A DNA stretch of 64,000 bases from Methanothermococcus sp. Ax23 (GCF_049075655.1 NZ_CP157522.1:1280001-1344000), one strand, 5' to 3'; counted from the stretch's first letter, positions 1 to 9,906 are shown. Translations and numbers: made by a program. Notes: generated by a model from the sequence alone, not told the origin.

Positions 1-360
1 GAAAGAACAACGAGAAAATACACAAGATACCTTTTGGTAGGTTAGTAAGTATGATAATGTATAAAGCAGAAGAAAAGGGATTAACAGTAGAACAGGTTAA
101 TGAATCTTATACTTCTCAAACTTGTAGTAATTGTGGTGTAGTTAAAAAGAGTAATAGGAAGTACAGGGGTTTGTATGTTTGTAGTGAGTGTGGTATGGTT
201 TTGAATGCAGACATTAACGGGGCTTTGAATATTTTAAAAAAAGTATTTTCATGTAGCGTAGCCCTGAACCCGTTAATGGGTAGGGGTAGTGGGTTTGGCC
301 ACCCATGTAGGGTTAGACCCTGCTAAAGAACCCCACGATTTTAATGTGGGAGTAGGTCAG
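1..360 (+). mobile_element. 3' part of an IS200/IS605 (IS1341-type, tnpB-only) element, copy 1, cut by the window edge
   Basis: tnpB C-terminus, then right-end hairpin CCCAC-GATTTTAAT-GTGGG and terminal AGTAGGTCAG; same right end at 3263-3296 and 22414-22447. Confidence 0.9.
3..326 (+). CDS. tnpB: TnpB RNA-guided nuclease, C-terminal part (5' end outside window)
   Basis: YTSQTCSNCG...CSECG zinc finger and RuvC-III NADINGA; near-identical to 22062-22280. Confidence 0.92.
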   Translation, partial: KNNEKIHKIPFGRLVSMIMYKAEEKGLTVEQVNESYTSQTCSNCGVVKKSNRKYRGLYVCSECGMVLNADINGALNILKKVFSCSVALNPLMGRGSGFGHPCRVRPC

Positions 361-436
361 ATAGATTATATATTTAATATATAATAACATATATTGATAA
401 AAGATAATGACTAAAAATTAGAAAGAGAGTGATTTT

Positions 437-2008
437 ATGTCAAAGATACTTATAACTGATGCTATTCATGATGATGCAATTGAAATATTAAAAAACGTTG
501 GCGATGTAGAAATAGCCACGGGTTTAACGCCAGAGGAGTTAAAAGAAAAAATAAAGGATGCAGACGCTATTGTTATTAGAAGTGGAACAAAACTTACAAA
601 AGATATAATCGACGCAGCTGAAAAATTAAAAGTTATCGCAAGGGCAGGTGTTGGAGTAGATAATGTTGATTTACAGGCAGCAACAGAAAAGGGGATTATA
701 GTAGTTAATTCACCGGATGCTTCATCAATATCAGTAGCAGAATTAACAATAGGATTCATGCTCTCAGCTGCAAGAAATATTCCCCAAGCAACTGCCTCAT
801 TAAAGAGAGGCGAATGGGATAGAAAATCATTTAAAGGTGTAGAGCTCTACGGGAAAACCCTTGGTATTGTTGGATTGGGAAGAATAGGACAGCAAGTGGC
901 AAAAAGGGCTAAGGCTTTTGGAATGAATATTGTAGGATATGACCCATACATACCAGCAGAGGTTGCGAAAAATATGGGTATTAAATTAATGGATGTGAAT
1001 GAATTATGTCAGGTAAGTGATTTCATTACGCTACATGTCCCATTAACTCCAAAAACTAAACATATCATTAGTAAAGAACAAATTTCATTAATGAAAAAGA
1101 ATGCCATAATTGTAAATTGTGCAAGAGGTGGCTTAATTGACGAGGAAGCCCTTTATGAAGCTTTAAAAGACAAAAAAATAAGAAGTGCGGCACTTGATGT
1201 ATTCGAACAGGAGCCACCAAAGGACAACCCGCTGTTGGAGCTAGACAATGTAATAGGAACTCCACATCAGGGAGCTTCAACCGTGGAAGCTCAGAAAAGT
1301 GCTGGAACAATCGTAGCTGAACAAGTTGTAAAGATATTGAAAGGAGAACCTGCTGAAAATGTTGTAAATCTTCCTATGCTACCTATGGAAAAGATGAGTA
1401 AATTAAAACCATACATGATACTTGCAGAGAAAATAGGCAATATGATAATACAATTACTGGACAAATCGATAGAAAAAGTAGAATTAACATACATGGGTGA
1501 GCTCGCAAAAGAAGATACCGAAATGATAAAAAGGTCATTTTTAATGGGAATCTTATCACCAATATTACTTGCAGGAGTTAATTTAATAAATGCACCGACA
1601 ATAGCAAAGAACAGAAATATAAAGATTGTAGAAGGAACCGTATCAGAGAGCGATTATGGAAATGCCATAAAAATTATAGCAAAAGGAAAAACAGAAGAAA
1701 TTTCAATAGTAGGGTCATTAACAGATGGCAGGCCTGTTCTTCGTGAAATAAATGGGTATAAAGTAGATATTAAACCAGAAGGAATTATCTGCGTGATTAA
1801 ACACATAGATAGACCCGGTATGATTGGTAAGGTTGGTCTATTACTTGGGGACTGCGGAGTAAATATTGCAGGGATGCAGGTTGGAAGGAAAGAACCTGGC
1901 GGAGAAAGTATAATGGTGCTTAATGTGGACCATATGATTCCAGATGATGTTATAGAAAAACTAAAAAAACTTGAAAATATTAAGGATGCTAAGGTTATTG
2001 ACTTATAA
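437..2008 (+). CDS. serA: D-3-phosphoglycerate dehydrogenase
   Basis: RAGVGVDN, GLGRIG, TPHQGAST motifs and C-terminal ACT domain. Confidence 0.97.
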   Translation: MSKILITDAIHDDAIEILKNVGDVEIATGLTPEELKEKIKDADAIVIRSGTKLTKDIIDAAEKLKVIARAGVGVDNVDLQAATEKGIIVVNSPDASSISVAELTIGFMLSAARNIPQATASLKRGEWDRKSFKGVELYGKTLGIVGLGRIGQQVAKRAKAFGMNIVGYDPYIPAEVAKNMGIKLMDVNELCQVSDFITLHVPLTPKTKHIISKEQISLMKKNAIIVNCARGGLIDEEALYEALKDKKIRSAALDVFEQEPPKDNPLLELDNVIGTPHQGASTVEAQKSAGTIVAEQVVKILKGEPAENVVNLPMLPMEKMSKLKPYMILAEKIGNMIIQLLDKSIEKVELTYMGELAKEDTEMIKRSFLMGILSPILLAGVNLINAPTIAKNRNIKIVEGTVSESDYGNAIKIIAKGKTEEISIVGSLTDGRPVLREINGYKVDIKPEGIICVIKHIDRPGMIGKVGLLLGDCGVNIAGMQVGRKEPGGESIMVLNVDHMIPDDVIEKLKKLENIKDAKVIDL

Positions 2009-2095
2009 TTGACTTATTAACAGCGAATCCAAGATTCTTATTAGAATAATTATTTTTTATTTTATTTTTTTCAATTTAATTTTCAACTAACTAAA

Positions 2096-2521
2096 ATGGT
2101 GGTAAATATCAACGAAATTATAGCTGGACTTGTGATAGCATTTTTATATGGTGTTGGCACATTTTTTGCAAAAATAGTGTCTGAAAAGGACCCATTTTTA
2201 CAGTGGATAATTGTTAATATCGTTGGTATTATATTATGTATGGCCATAATTGCAAAAGAACCCCAAAGAATATACCAACTTCACGGAAAAATACTTTTAT
2301 ATGGGATAATTTCTGCTGTAATGGTTGTAGTTGGTAGCCTGCTTTTGTATTATACATTGCACAAGGGAAGGGCAAGTATAGTTGTGCCACTGTCATCAAT
2401 AGGTCCAGCAATTACTACAATATTAGCAGTGATTTTTCTAAAAGAGCATTTGTCTGCTTTTCAAATATTTGGGATAGTGTTAATAATTGTGGGAATTATA
2501 TTAATTTCGTTAAACAGTTAA
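2096..2521 (+). CDS. EamA/DMT family membrane transporter
   Basis: 141 aa, about 5 hydrophobic helices, ASIVVPL...LAVIFLKE pattern. Confidence 0.85.
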   Translation: MVVNINEIIAGLVIAFLYGVGTFFAKIVSEKDPFLQWIIVNIVGIILCMAIIAKEPQRIYQLHGKILLYGIISAVMVVVGSLLLYYTLHKGRASIVVPLSSIGPAITTILAVIFLKEHLSAFQIFGIVLIIVGIILISLNS

Positions 2522-2607
2522 AAAACACATATCAAGAAGTATCTAAAAAATACATAAAAAAGAAAAAAGAAAATAATAAATCTAATTTAATATAATCATT
2601 ATATCAA

Positions 2608-2850
2608 TTATAATTTCAATAACTTTTTAGCCCCCTGAGCTCCAAGCTGTAATTTTAGTGCATTTAATATTTCATTTACATCATCCATATCTTCCGCATC
2701 TTCCATTGCATTTTGAAATATCTCTCTTTTACTCGGCTCTACAAGACCTATTAAATATTCTACTGTGGATACTAATTCTATATATCTGCCTTCTTTTTGA
2801 GCCTGAGCTCGAACTTCTTCAATGGTCTTTTTTATATTTTCAGATACCAC
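2608..2850 (-). CDS. Small hypothetical protein
   Basis: 80 aa ORF with GGTGA RBS and TTTATATA box upstream on the minus strand. Confidence 0.75.
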   Translation of the reverse strand: MVSENIKKTIEEVRAQAQKEGRYIELVSTVEYLIGLVEPSKREIFQNAMEDAEDMDDVNEILNALKLQLGAQGAKKLLKL

Positions 2851-2911
2851 TGTATCACCATGCTTTTAATTTTAATATTTTGTAATTTATTAATATATAA
2901 AATTTTGTTTT

Positions 2912-2949
2912 TTGATATATTCCGTAGGAGTTGATATATTCCGTAGGAG
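2912..2949. repeat. 19-bp tandem duplication TTGATATATTCCGTAGGAG x2
   Basis: Exact copies at 2912-2930 and 2931-2949. Confidence 0.9.
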
Positions 2950-2972
2950 CTCGGAAGGTCGCAACTTTTTAT

Positions 2973-3296
2973 TACGATAAACCGCCGAGAAAGCCAACGA
3001 TTTTAATCGTTATACAAAACATAGTTTTGTAAAATCTCTTATGAGATTGGATGAGAGGCGGACATTATATCGGCTAGTAAGTAGTAAAATATAAATATGT
3101 GAAGATTAGTAGTAAGTAACGCTACCAGTCCAAGTTCTAATGGGTAGGGTTAGTGAAAACTCTACCGCTGGTAGTGGTTGAAAGTGCATAGCGTAGCCCT
3201 GAACCCATTAATGGGTAGGGGTAGTGGGTTTGGCCACCCATGTAGGGTTAAACCCTACTAATGAACCCCACGATTTTAATCGTGGGAGTAGGTCAG
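2973..3296 (+). mobile_element. Non-autonomous MITE derived from the tnpB element family of 20976-22447
   Basis: Left end nearly identical to 20976-21068; right end and omegaRNA nearly identical to 255-360; preceded by TTAT, ends in TCAG; no ORF. Confidence 0.92.
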
Positions 3297-4045
3297 AGAG
3301 ATTTAGCAATTTCTTCCACTTTCTTATATACTTCATTATTTTCATCTATATCAAACAGAGGTTTGCCTACTAAATCATATTTTGATATTTCTTCATTATA
3401 GGGCAATTTCCCTATTAAATTTAACCCCAATTCTTCGGCGTTTTTCTCAACTATATCTTTGGTTTCATCATTTACTTTATTTGCAACAACACATATATCT
3501 TTGAATTTTATTTCGAGGTCATTCGCTAGTTTTTTTATTCTTTTAGCAGTCCCTAACCCTCGCTTTGAAGCATCACTCACCACTATCATGGTATCTACAT
3601 TTTGAGTGGTTCTTCTACTCAAATGCTCCAAGCCTGCTTCCGTATCTATAACCACATAATCATAGGATTTTGCAAGATTATCTATAATCTGCCTTAACCA
3701 GTTATTCACACTACAATAACAACCACTTCCTTCGGGTCTCCCCATAACAAGCAAATCAAAGTTCTCTGTTTCAACCATAATTTCATATATTCTTCCCAGT
3801 AAATAATCCTGTTTTGATATGCCAGAAGGCAATTTATCATCAGCCACTAACTGTTTTAACTCTTCTCTTATATCCCCAATAGTCCGTTCTACTTCAACGC
3901 CAAGAGTTTCGGGGAGATTTGAATCGGGGTCAGCATCAACAACAAGCATATTGTGCGTCTTTTTTGATAATGCTTTTACAAGTAATGTGGAAAACATGGT
4001 TTTACCAGTTCCTCCTTTTCCGCTTATTGCTATTATTTTGGTCAA
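3293..4045 (-). CDS. cooC: CooC/AcsF nickel-insertion ATPase (CO dehydrogenase maturation factor)
   Basis: Deviant Walker A GKGGTGKT, GCYC motif, DTEAGLEH. Confidence 0.92.
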   Translation of the reverse strand: MTKIIAISGKGGTGKTMFSTLLVKALSKKTHNMLVVDADPDSNLPETLGVEVERTIGDIREELKQLVADDKLPSGISKQDYLLGRIYEIMVETENFDLLVMGRPEGSGCYCSVNNWLRQIIDNLAKSYDYVVIDTEAGLEHLSRRTTQNVDTMIVVSDASKRGLGTAKRIKKLANDLEIKFKDICVVANKVNDETKDIVEKNAEELGLNLIGKLPYNEEISKYDLVGKPLFDIDENNEVYKKVEEIAKSL

Positions 4046-4247
4046 ATTATCACCAATTACCTACATATATACATACAAAAAAAGTTTAAGACATATAACG
4101 AATATATTACATTGAACAATATCATCTAAATCAATATATATTATATATTTATTACATAAATATATTGGCAATGAATATATAGGACACACATAAGAATAAT
4201 ATATTTATTTAATAGTCGTTTTTTAAAAATGATATTGGGGGGCTCTT

Positions 4248-7200
4248 ATGTATGAGAGGATGTTGCAAGAAGAACTTTCAAAATTATTTAAAGAATATTG
4301 TGAATTGGATTGGAAAAAGAAATCTGAGGCAGCCCGAATATTAGGGTATATTAATGATGTTAATGAAATTAAGAAAATACAGGAACAAATTATAAAACTA
4401 GCTCAGGATAAAAACTTAGCTACAAGAGTAAATCTAATGAACTCTATAAAGAAGCTCGTTTTAGACCGCCACATTATCAATGAAGATATCTTTGTTTTAC
4501 TCTATTTTTGGGCCAATTCCTTCAACACCACAACATCAGAATTTGCCAAACAAATTATAAACTCCTTAAATGTGAATGTGATTGTCGACTACATCCTCTC
4601 ATTATCCATAAAACTTTATTCTTCCAATCCTTATGAAGTAGCATATGCCATGGCATCCTTGGGATTGATATCAACAGTTACCCCTGAACACTTAACAAAT
4701 ACCCTCCCTGAGATTGTATTAATATCTAACAGTTATAAATACAAGATACTTCAAGTGCTTGCTATTGAAATACTTGAAGAATTTAAAACATTGGATAAAG
4801 AATATCTAATAAGTTCATTTTTTTTAATTTATAATATATATAAAAATAATAAACAGATTGGCGACTTCAATATTGAATCTATGAATGGAAGCGAATTATT
4901 TGAATATATGTTATGTATATATTTTAAAAAAAATGCAAGTAACGAAAATATTTTAAATATAATAACAATGTTGGATTATGTTGATTTACTTACAAAATCC
5001 TTTGCACTGATCACATTATATACTCATGCCGATGTTTTGTATCGGATATTAAAGGAGGATAAGAAATTAAGCAATTACCTGATAGATGAAATAATAAGCT
5101 CTTTTAAAAATCCTGACCGGATGATTAGGCTTTCATCCATGTTTTTGTTTATAAAGTTGATATTCTTTGATAAAATATATATTAAAGATGAATACTTAGA
5201 TATGTTTTTTGACAAAATCCTTGAAAATTTCAATGATAAATATATTGTAAAAGGATTTTCTCTTGAAATATTATACTACCTATTAAAAAATACAGAATCG
5301 AAATATATTAAAAAGAAAGTATCTGAGGTTATTGATAAAATTGATTTAAAAAGTATAATGAATGAAGGACATTTATGCTATTATAATGGGTTATATTTGG
5401 CATATGAATTAAAAAAATATGAATGTTTCTCAGCAACATCTTCTCCTAATTTTAATATGGCTCTTGTGGGGGAATTTAACACATTGGAAACTGTTGAATA
5501 TTATGATTTAATTAAATCTATTAATATATCTGTGAAGCGAAAATACTGGCTTAGTGGATGGTTGGATAGATACTACGCTGGAAAATATTTAGGCAATGCA
5601 ATATATGCAAGACCCGGTTATGCATCCAATATGTTTGATACAATAGACACCCTATTAGGTGATAACAACTATATGGTAAGATGCATTGGAATTTGGATTT
5701 TAAGACTTACCACTGAGTTAGGTATTGAACCGCCAACTGATATTATCATTAAATCAATATCATTGCTTGATGACTGGTTCTATGAATGCAGAATTGAATA
5801 TATGTTATTTTACAACATATTATTAAAAAATTTTCCGCATATTTTGGAAGACAGCAGAATTAAACAAAAACTCATTTCTGCAATAGCCTCAAAACATCTA
5901 ACGGACAGCAATAAACTTGTAAGGAATGTTTGCACAATGATATTAAAAAATAAAGAATTATTATATAGGAATTCAGAAATTGAATTTTTTAAAAATTACT
6001 ATGACTTGTCAGTTCCTGAAAGAATTGAATTACTTGAAAAATATTGGGAAATCCCAGAGCTGAGAAAAGCTGTAATTATGCTCGTTAAAGTAAGATTAAA
6101 ATATTATATTAAAAAAGGAGATTATACTACCATTGAAATGGCTTTAAAAAAAATATTTGATGGGAAACTCCATAAAGAAATAGGTCATATACTGTATGAA
6201 ATTGTACGATTGAAAGAAAAATCTGAAATGGCTAAAAAGATATTAAATGCATTTAAAAACAAATATCCAAAACTTCCAAAAGATTTAGAGAAAACATTAT
6301 TCCATAATATCAATGAACCAATAATTACCATTAGAACCCATAAACTTAAAGAACTATTGTTATTTGTCAAAGAGGGAGTTACAATAAGCTATGAGTTATT
6401 AAATAAGGTTAAAGAGATAGCAATATACGAATGTGTTAGTGAGCGAAACCTAAATCTTGCATTATCTATACTTGGAGAAATAAATGAACTTGAAAGTATG
6501 GCCATAATTAAGGAAAAAAGGGAATTAATAGAATATCTGGAAAATAATCCATTAAATCTTGACAAAATAAAAAGAAAAGATTTGAAAAGATTGGATTGGA
6601 AGGATTATTGTATTAAAATAGCATACATTCCCACGGAAGGAATAATGGATATATTTGCAGAGGATAATGTAAATGAGGTTGTAGAAACAGTTGTATCTCT
6701 ATTGCACTTTGAAGATGTTGTAATTTTAAAGGTAAGAATTATAGATTTATTAATTGAAGAAATTTCCAAAAATGAAGAATTATTAAATATATTGTTGGAT
6801 AATAAAGAAATATTTGCTATATTGTTAAAACTATATTTATCTAAAGGATATAGTTTTTTATCAAAAAAAGCACTAACCTTACTAGAAAAATTATCGCTAA
6901 AAAGAGATAACTGGTTAAGAAGTAATTTAATACATTATTTTAAAAGTAATGATTTTAATTCTCAAAAATCGTTAAATAATATATTATACCTCCTAACTGA
7001 AAATATCTCCACATATGTTAAAATAGAAATTTTGAATTCTATAAAATATGCATTAGAAAATAAATTAATTGAATGTAATAAAGATGCTGCATATACTTTC
7101 GTAGACATTATGATGAATACCGACAGTAATCAGCCATGGACAATATTTAAAAACGCAGTTGATATTATTTTTTCATGTCCGTATATAAAAACTGATGAAA

Positions 7201-7379
7201 AACTTCTAAGTAGCATTGTCGAGAAATTTATAGGTCTTGCGGACATTGTAGAAGAAGGAAAGAAAGACTATATACTCATTTACCTAAAAAAACTATTAGA
7301 AATGAGTGGAGTTAACATTATAGAACTTGATGAGGAGGTTATTGAAAAACTTCTTGAATTTGAAAATAGGAATTTATAA
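4248..7379 (+). CDS. Large HEAT/ARM-repeat (alpha-solenoid) protein, function unknown
   Basis: 1043 aa with recurring HEAT-like segments (LLGDNNYMVRCIGIWIL, LTDSNKLVRNVC, FKNPDRMIRLSS). Confidence 0.7.
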   Translation: MYERMLQEELSKLFKEYCELDWKKKSEAARILGYINDVNEIKKIQEQIIKLAQDKNLATRVNLMNSIKKLVLDRHIINEDIFVLLYFWANSFNTTTSEFAKQIINSLNVNVIVDYILSLSIKLYSSNPYEVAYAMASLGLISTVTPEHLTNTLPEIVLISNSYKYKILQVLAIEILEEFKTLDKEYLISSFFLIYNIYKNNKQIGDFNIESMNGSELFEYMLCIYFKKNASNENILNIITMLDYVDLLTKSFALITLYTHADVLYRILKEDKKLSNYLIDEIISSFKNPDRMIRLSSMFLFIKLIFFDKIYIKDEYLDMFFDKILENFNDKYIVKGFSLEILYYLLKNTESKYIKKKVSEVIDKIDLKSIMNEGHLCYYNGLYLAYELKKYECFSATSSPNFNMALVGEFNTLETVEYYDLIKSINISVKRKYWLSGWLDRYYAGKYLGNAIYARPGYASNMFDTIDTLLGDNNYMVRCIGIWILRLTTELGIEPPTDIIIKSISLLDDWFYECRIEYMLFYNILLKNFPHILEDSRIKQKLISAIASKHLTDSNKLVRNVCTMILKNKELLYRNSEIEFFKNYYDLSVPERIELLEKYWEIPELRKAVIMLVKVRLKYYIKKGDYTTIEMALKKIFDGKLHKEIGHILYEIVRLKEKSEMAKKILNAFKNKYPKLPKDLEKTLFHNINEPIITIRTHKLKELLLFVKEGVTISYELLNKVKEIAIYECVSERNLNLALSILGEINELESMAIIKEKRELIEYLENNPLNLDKIKRKDLKRLDWKDYCIKIAYIPTEGIMDIFAEDNVNEVVETVVSLLHFEDVVILKVRIIDLLIEEISKNEELLNILLDNKEIFAILLKLYLSKGYSFLSKKALTLLEKLSLKRDNWLRSNLIHYFKSNDFNSQKSLNNILYLLTENISTYVKIEILNSIKYALENKLIECNKDAAYTFVDIMMNTDSNQPWTIFKNAVDIIFSCPYIKTDEKLLSSIVEKFIGLADIVEEGKKDYILIYLKKLLEMSGVNIIELDEEVIEKLLEFENRNL

Positions 7380-7415
7380 TTTTTAATATTATGTTATAAT
7401 TTAATATTATTTTAG

Positions 7416-8037
7416 AGAGTGTGTCTAAAATCGAATGATAAATATATACTAATAAAAAAATATGGTGGCAAAAAGTGGATTCTAGAAAATTCTTAAAAAA
7501 CTTTGGAGTTTTGATTACGAAAGGACGTTTATTAATTCAACAAAGTTTCCAAATAATGTAGGTGAATTGGAGTGAGCAAAGCGAACGGAGGGCTATAAAA
7601 ATCCCTTTGGGATTTTCATTCAATCGGTAAGATACATGCTATAACTCGCTACGATTTAGAAAATAAAACATTATATCTCACATCCATGATTAAAAATCAG
7701 ACTTGGAATTTGCTGATGGGAAAGGATATTTTTTGGTGATGGAGAATAGGGAAATAAAAAGACATTGAATAAAATCTTATCGGATTTTATAACCCGCTCT
7801 CTTTGCTCGTGGTTGAACAATATCGTTAAATCCATCTAAACAATAATAAAGAAAACGTAAAGATAGGTAGACATGTAAAGGATTCTTCAGAGCTTTAACC
7901 AATAGATTCAGAGATAAATTAAATACTTCCTTAGTATTAACTACCATCACTCTTATCGCTATAAGAGTTTATATGTACTCGTTAATCATGTTGCTAAGAT
8001 ATACTATATAATACCTGAGCTATCTTAGACACACCCT
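7416..8037 (+). mobile_element. Degenerate IS5-like element or MITE
   Basis: 13-bp inverted repeats AGAGTGTGTCTAA (7416) and TTAGACACACCCT (8025), one mismatch; no intact ORF; family assignment is tentative. Confidence 0.7.
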
Positions 8038-8080
8038 GCCTAATCCATAATGAAAATAAATAAAAAAATGAGATGAAAAC

Positions 8081-8962
8081 ATGGAATGTATAGAATATGA
8101 AATAAAACATGCGATAGAACATATGATGGAAACTAATTATCCGAGAAAAAAATTATGGGATATGGATTCAAAAGTTCCGGAGTTAATAAGAGGAATTAGG
8201 GCAGGAGATGATGCAGTAGTGATAGGAAAAAAGGTTATAAACATGGAAGGTCCCTATCCTTTAAAATTGGGTTCAAAAACTGCCTTAATTCATACATCAT
8301 GCGATGTTGTGGCAATGGGTGCAAAACCATTATATGCCATGGATGCAATTCAGGCGCAGAATGAAGAAGAAATAAAAATGGCAGTAGATGGACTAAAAAA
8401 GCAATCCATAGGTCTAAATATACCTATTGTTGGTGGAAATACACAAACAGAAAAGGAATTAAAATCCTGTGTGAGTGTAGTGGTATTTGGAGAGCTCATA
8501 TGTGATAAGGTAATTACTGATGGCGGAGCTCAGGCTGGAGATACAATAATTATGCTCGGTCATCCTGTGGAAGGAGATATTGGAGGTAGAGTCCAGAAGG
8601 CAAAAAATAAATTTGACACATTTCTGAAAATTTTAGAAAATGATGTGGAAGTCCATGCCTGCAAAGACGCTTCAAGGGGTGGATGGCTTTGTAACATACT
8701 TGAAATGCTTGCAAAGGCAAAAAAAGGTATTAGGATAAATGCAATCCCTTATCCAAGAGCTACAAGATATTTGGGAACTTATCTTGTGTGTATGGATGAG
8801 GATAATTTAAATGACGCCATAAATATAGCAATCGACAACAGATGTCCTATTATTCCATTTGGAAAAATAACAGAGGAAAGAACCTTTAAAATAGGGAATA
8901 AAGAATACATCAGTGAAGAAAAAATGAACAATATTATAAAAGAATTTCCCTATAAATACTAA
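8081..8962 (+). CDS. AIR synthase-related (PurM/ThiL/HypE fold) protein
   Basis: AGDDAVV, DVVAMGAKP, IVGGNT, CKDASRGG motifs. Confidence 0.85.
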   Translation: MECIEYEIKHAIEHMMETNYPRKKLWDMDSKVPELIRGIRAGDDAVVIGKKVINMEGPYPLKLGSKTALIHTSCDVVAMGAKPLYAMDAIQAQNEEEIKMAVDGLKKQSIGLNIPIVGGNTQTEKELKSCVSVVVFGELICDKVITDGGAQAGDTIIMLGHPVEGDIGGRVQKAKNKFDTFLKILENDVEVHACKDASRGGWLCNILEMLAKAKKGIRINAIPYPRATRYLGTYLVCMDEDNLNDAINIAIDNRCPIIPFGKITEERTFKIGNKEYISEEKMNNIIKEFPYKY

Positions 8963-8970
8963 TTTAATAT

Positions 8971-9906
8971 TTAATATATTTCCTCTAAATCATATTTTTT
9001 TGAAATTTCTTTTAGTATTAAATCAACTATTGTGGATTTACCATATATTTTACAGTATTTTTTTAATGCATCTATATTTTTATAAATTACATCGGGGTGA
9101 TATTTAGAGATTTCATAGATAGTATTTAGCGTCGTATATCTAATAACATCATTTTCATTGAATAATAGTTTTAACACATTTTCGATAATCTCTTCCAATT
9201 CCTCTTCATTTAAGGTCGATATTGTGGAAAGGCAATACGCAATATTTAATGGACTTAATTTATCAATATCTCCGCTTTTTATAACTTTTAAAGTCCCTTT
9301 TAGGTCATCTTTGCGTATTGATGAGTTAATTTTTTCTTCTGTTATGTCTATCTTATCTACTTTATCGAAATTAATTAAAGATAAGCCCGTATTAAGCAAT
9401 TTTTTAATTAACGCATTTTGTTTAAGGGAGTCTTTCAATAGCCTAATACGTTCATATGATTTTGGACGTGATTCACTTTCTGATTTTGGAATTTCACCAT
9501 ATTTCCTTATTAATTCCCAGGCATATTCTCTTATTTGAAGATTCACAAATTTTTCATTTATATTCCATAGTTCCTTCTCCACCACGTTAAAATATTCTGG
9601 ATTGTTGAGCAATATAATCTTTAAAGAAATTAGTGTATTTAATACAAGATTTTCGTTATTACTTCTTAGACATTTTTTAATATATGGCATGAGATTTTTA
9701 ACATTCTTCCCATGCTTTAAAAATATTTTTGTTGTAAGATAGACAGAGTTTGACACTATCTTGGGATTATTTGAATCGATAAGCCCCATAAGAGAATCCA
9801 TAAGTGAAGTATTATTTTCCACAAGTTTCTGAGCTTCTAAAAGTCGCCCCTCCTCTAAGAGTTTTTTTAGCTTACTAGATTTTGAGCGAAAAAAAGGGAT
9901 AGCCAT
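8971..9906 (-). CDS. HEAT-repeat protein
   Basis: LIDSNNPKIVSNSV, LRSNNENLVLNTL, LLFNENDVIRYTTL repeats; GGTGA RBS before ATG 9906. Confidence 0.7.
   Translation of the reverse strand: MAIPFFRSKSSKLKKLLEEGRLLEAQKLVENNTSLMDSLMGLIDSNNPKIVSNSVYLTTKIFLKHGKNVKNLMPYIKKCLRSNNENLVLNTLISLKIILLNNPEYFNVVEKELWNINEKFVNLQIREYAWELIRKYGEIPKSESESRPKSYERIRLLKDSLKQNALIKKLLNTGLSLINFDKVDKIDITEEKINSSIRKDDLKGTLKVIKSGDIDKLSPLNIAYCLSTISTLNEEELEEIIENVLKLLFNENDVIRYTTLNTIYEISKYHPDVIYKNIDALKKYCKIYGKSTIVDLILKEISKKYDLEEIY

Noticed and set aside
2973-3296. Group I intron (IStron) or known self-cleaving ribozyme in the MITE
   Set aside because: AGTCCAA and CTAAT resemble fragments of group I and HDV motifs, but the required helices and partner motifs are missing and CTAAT is not kept in the tnpB copy
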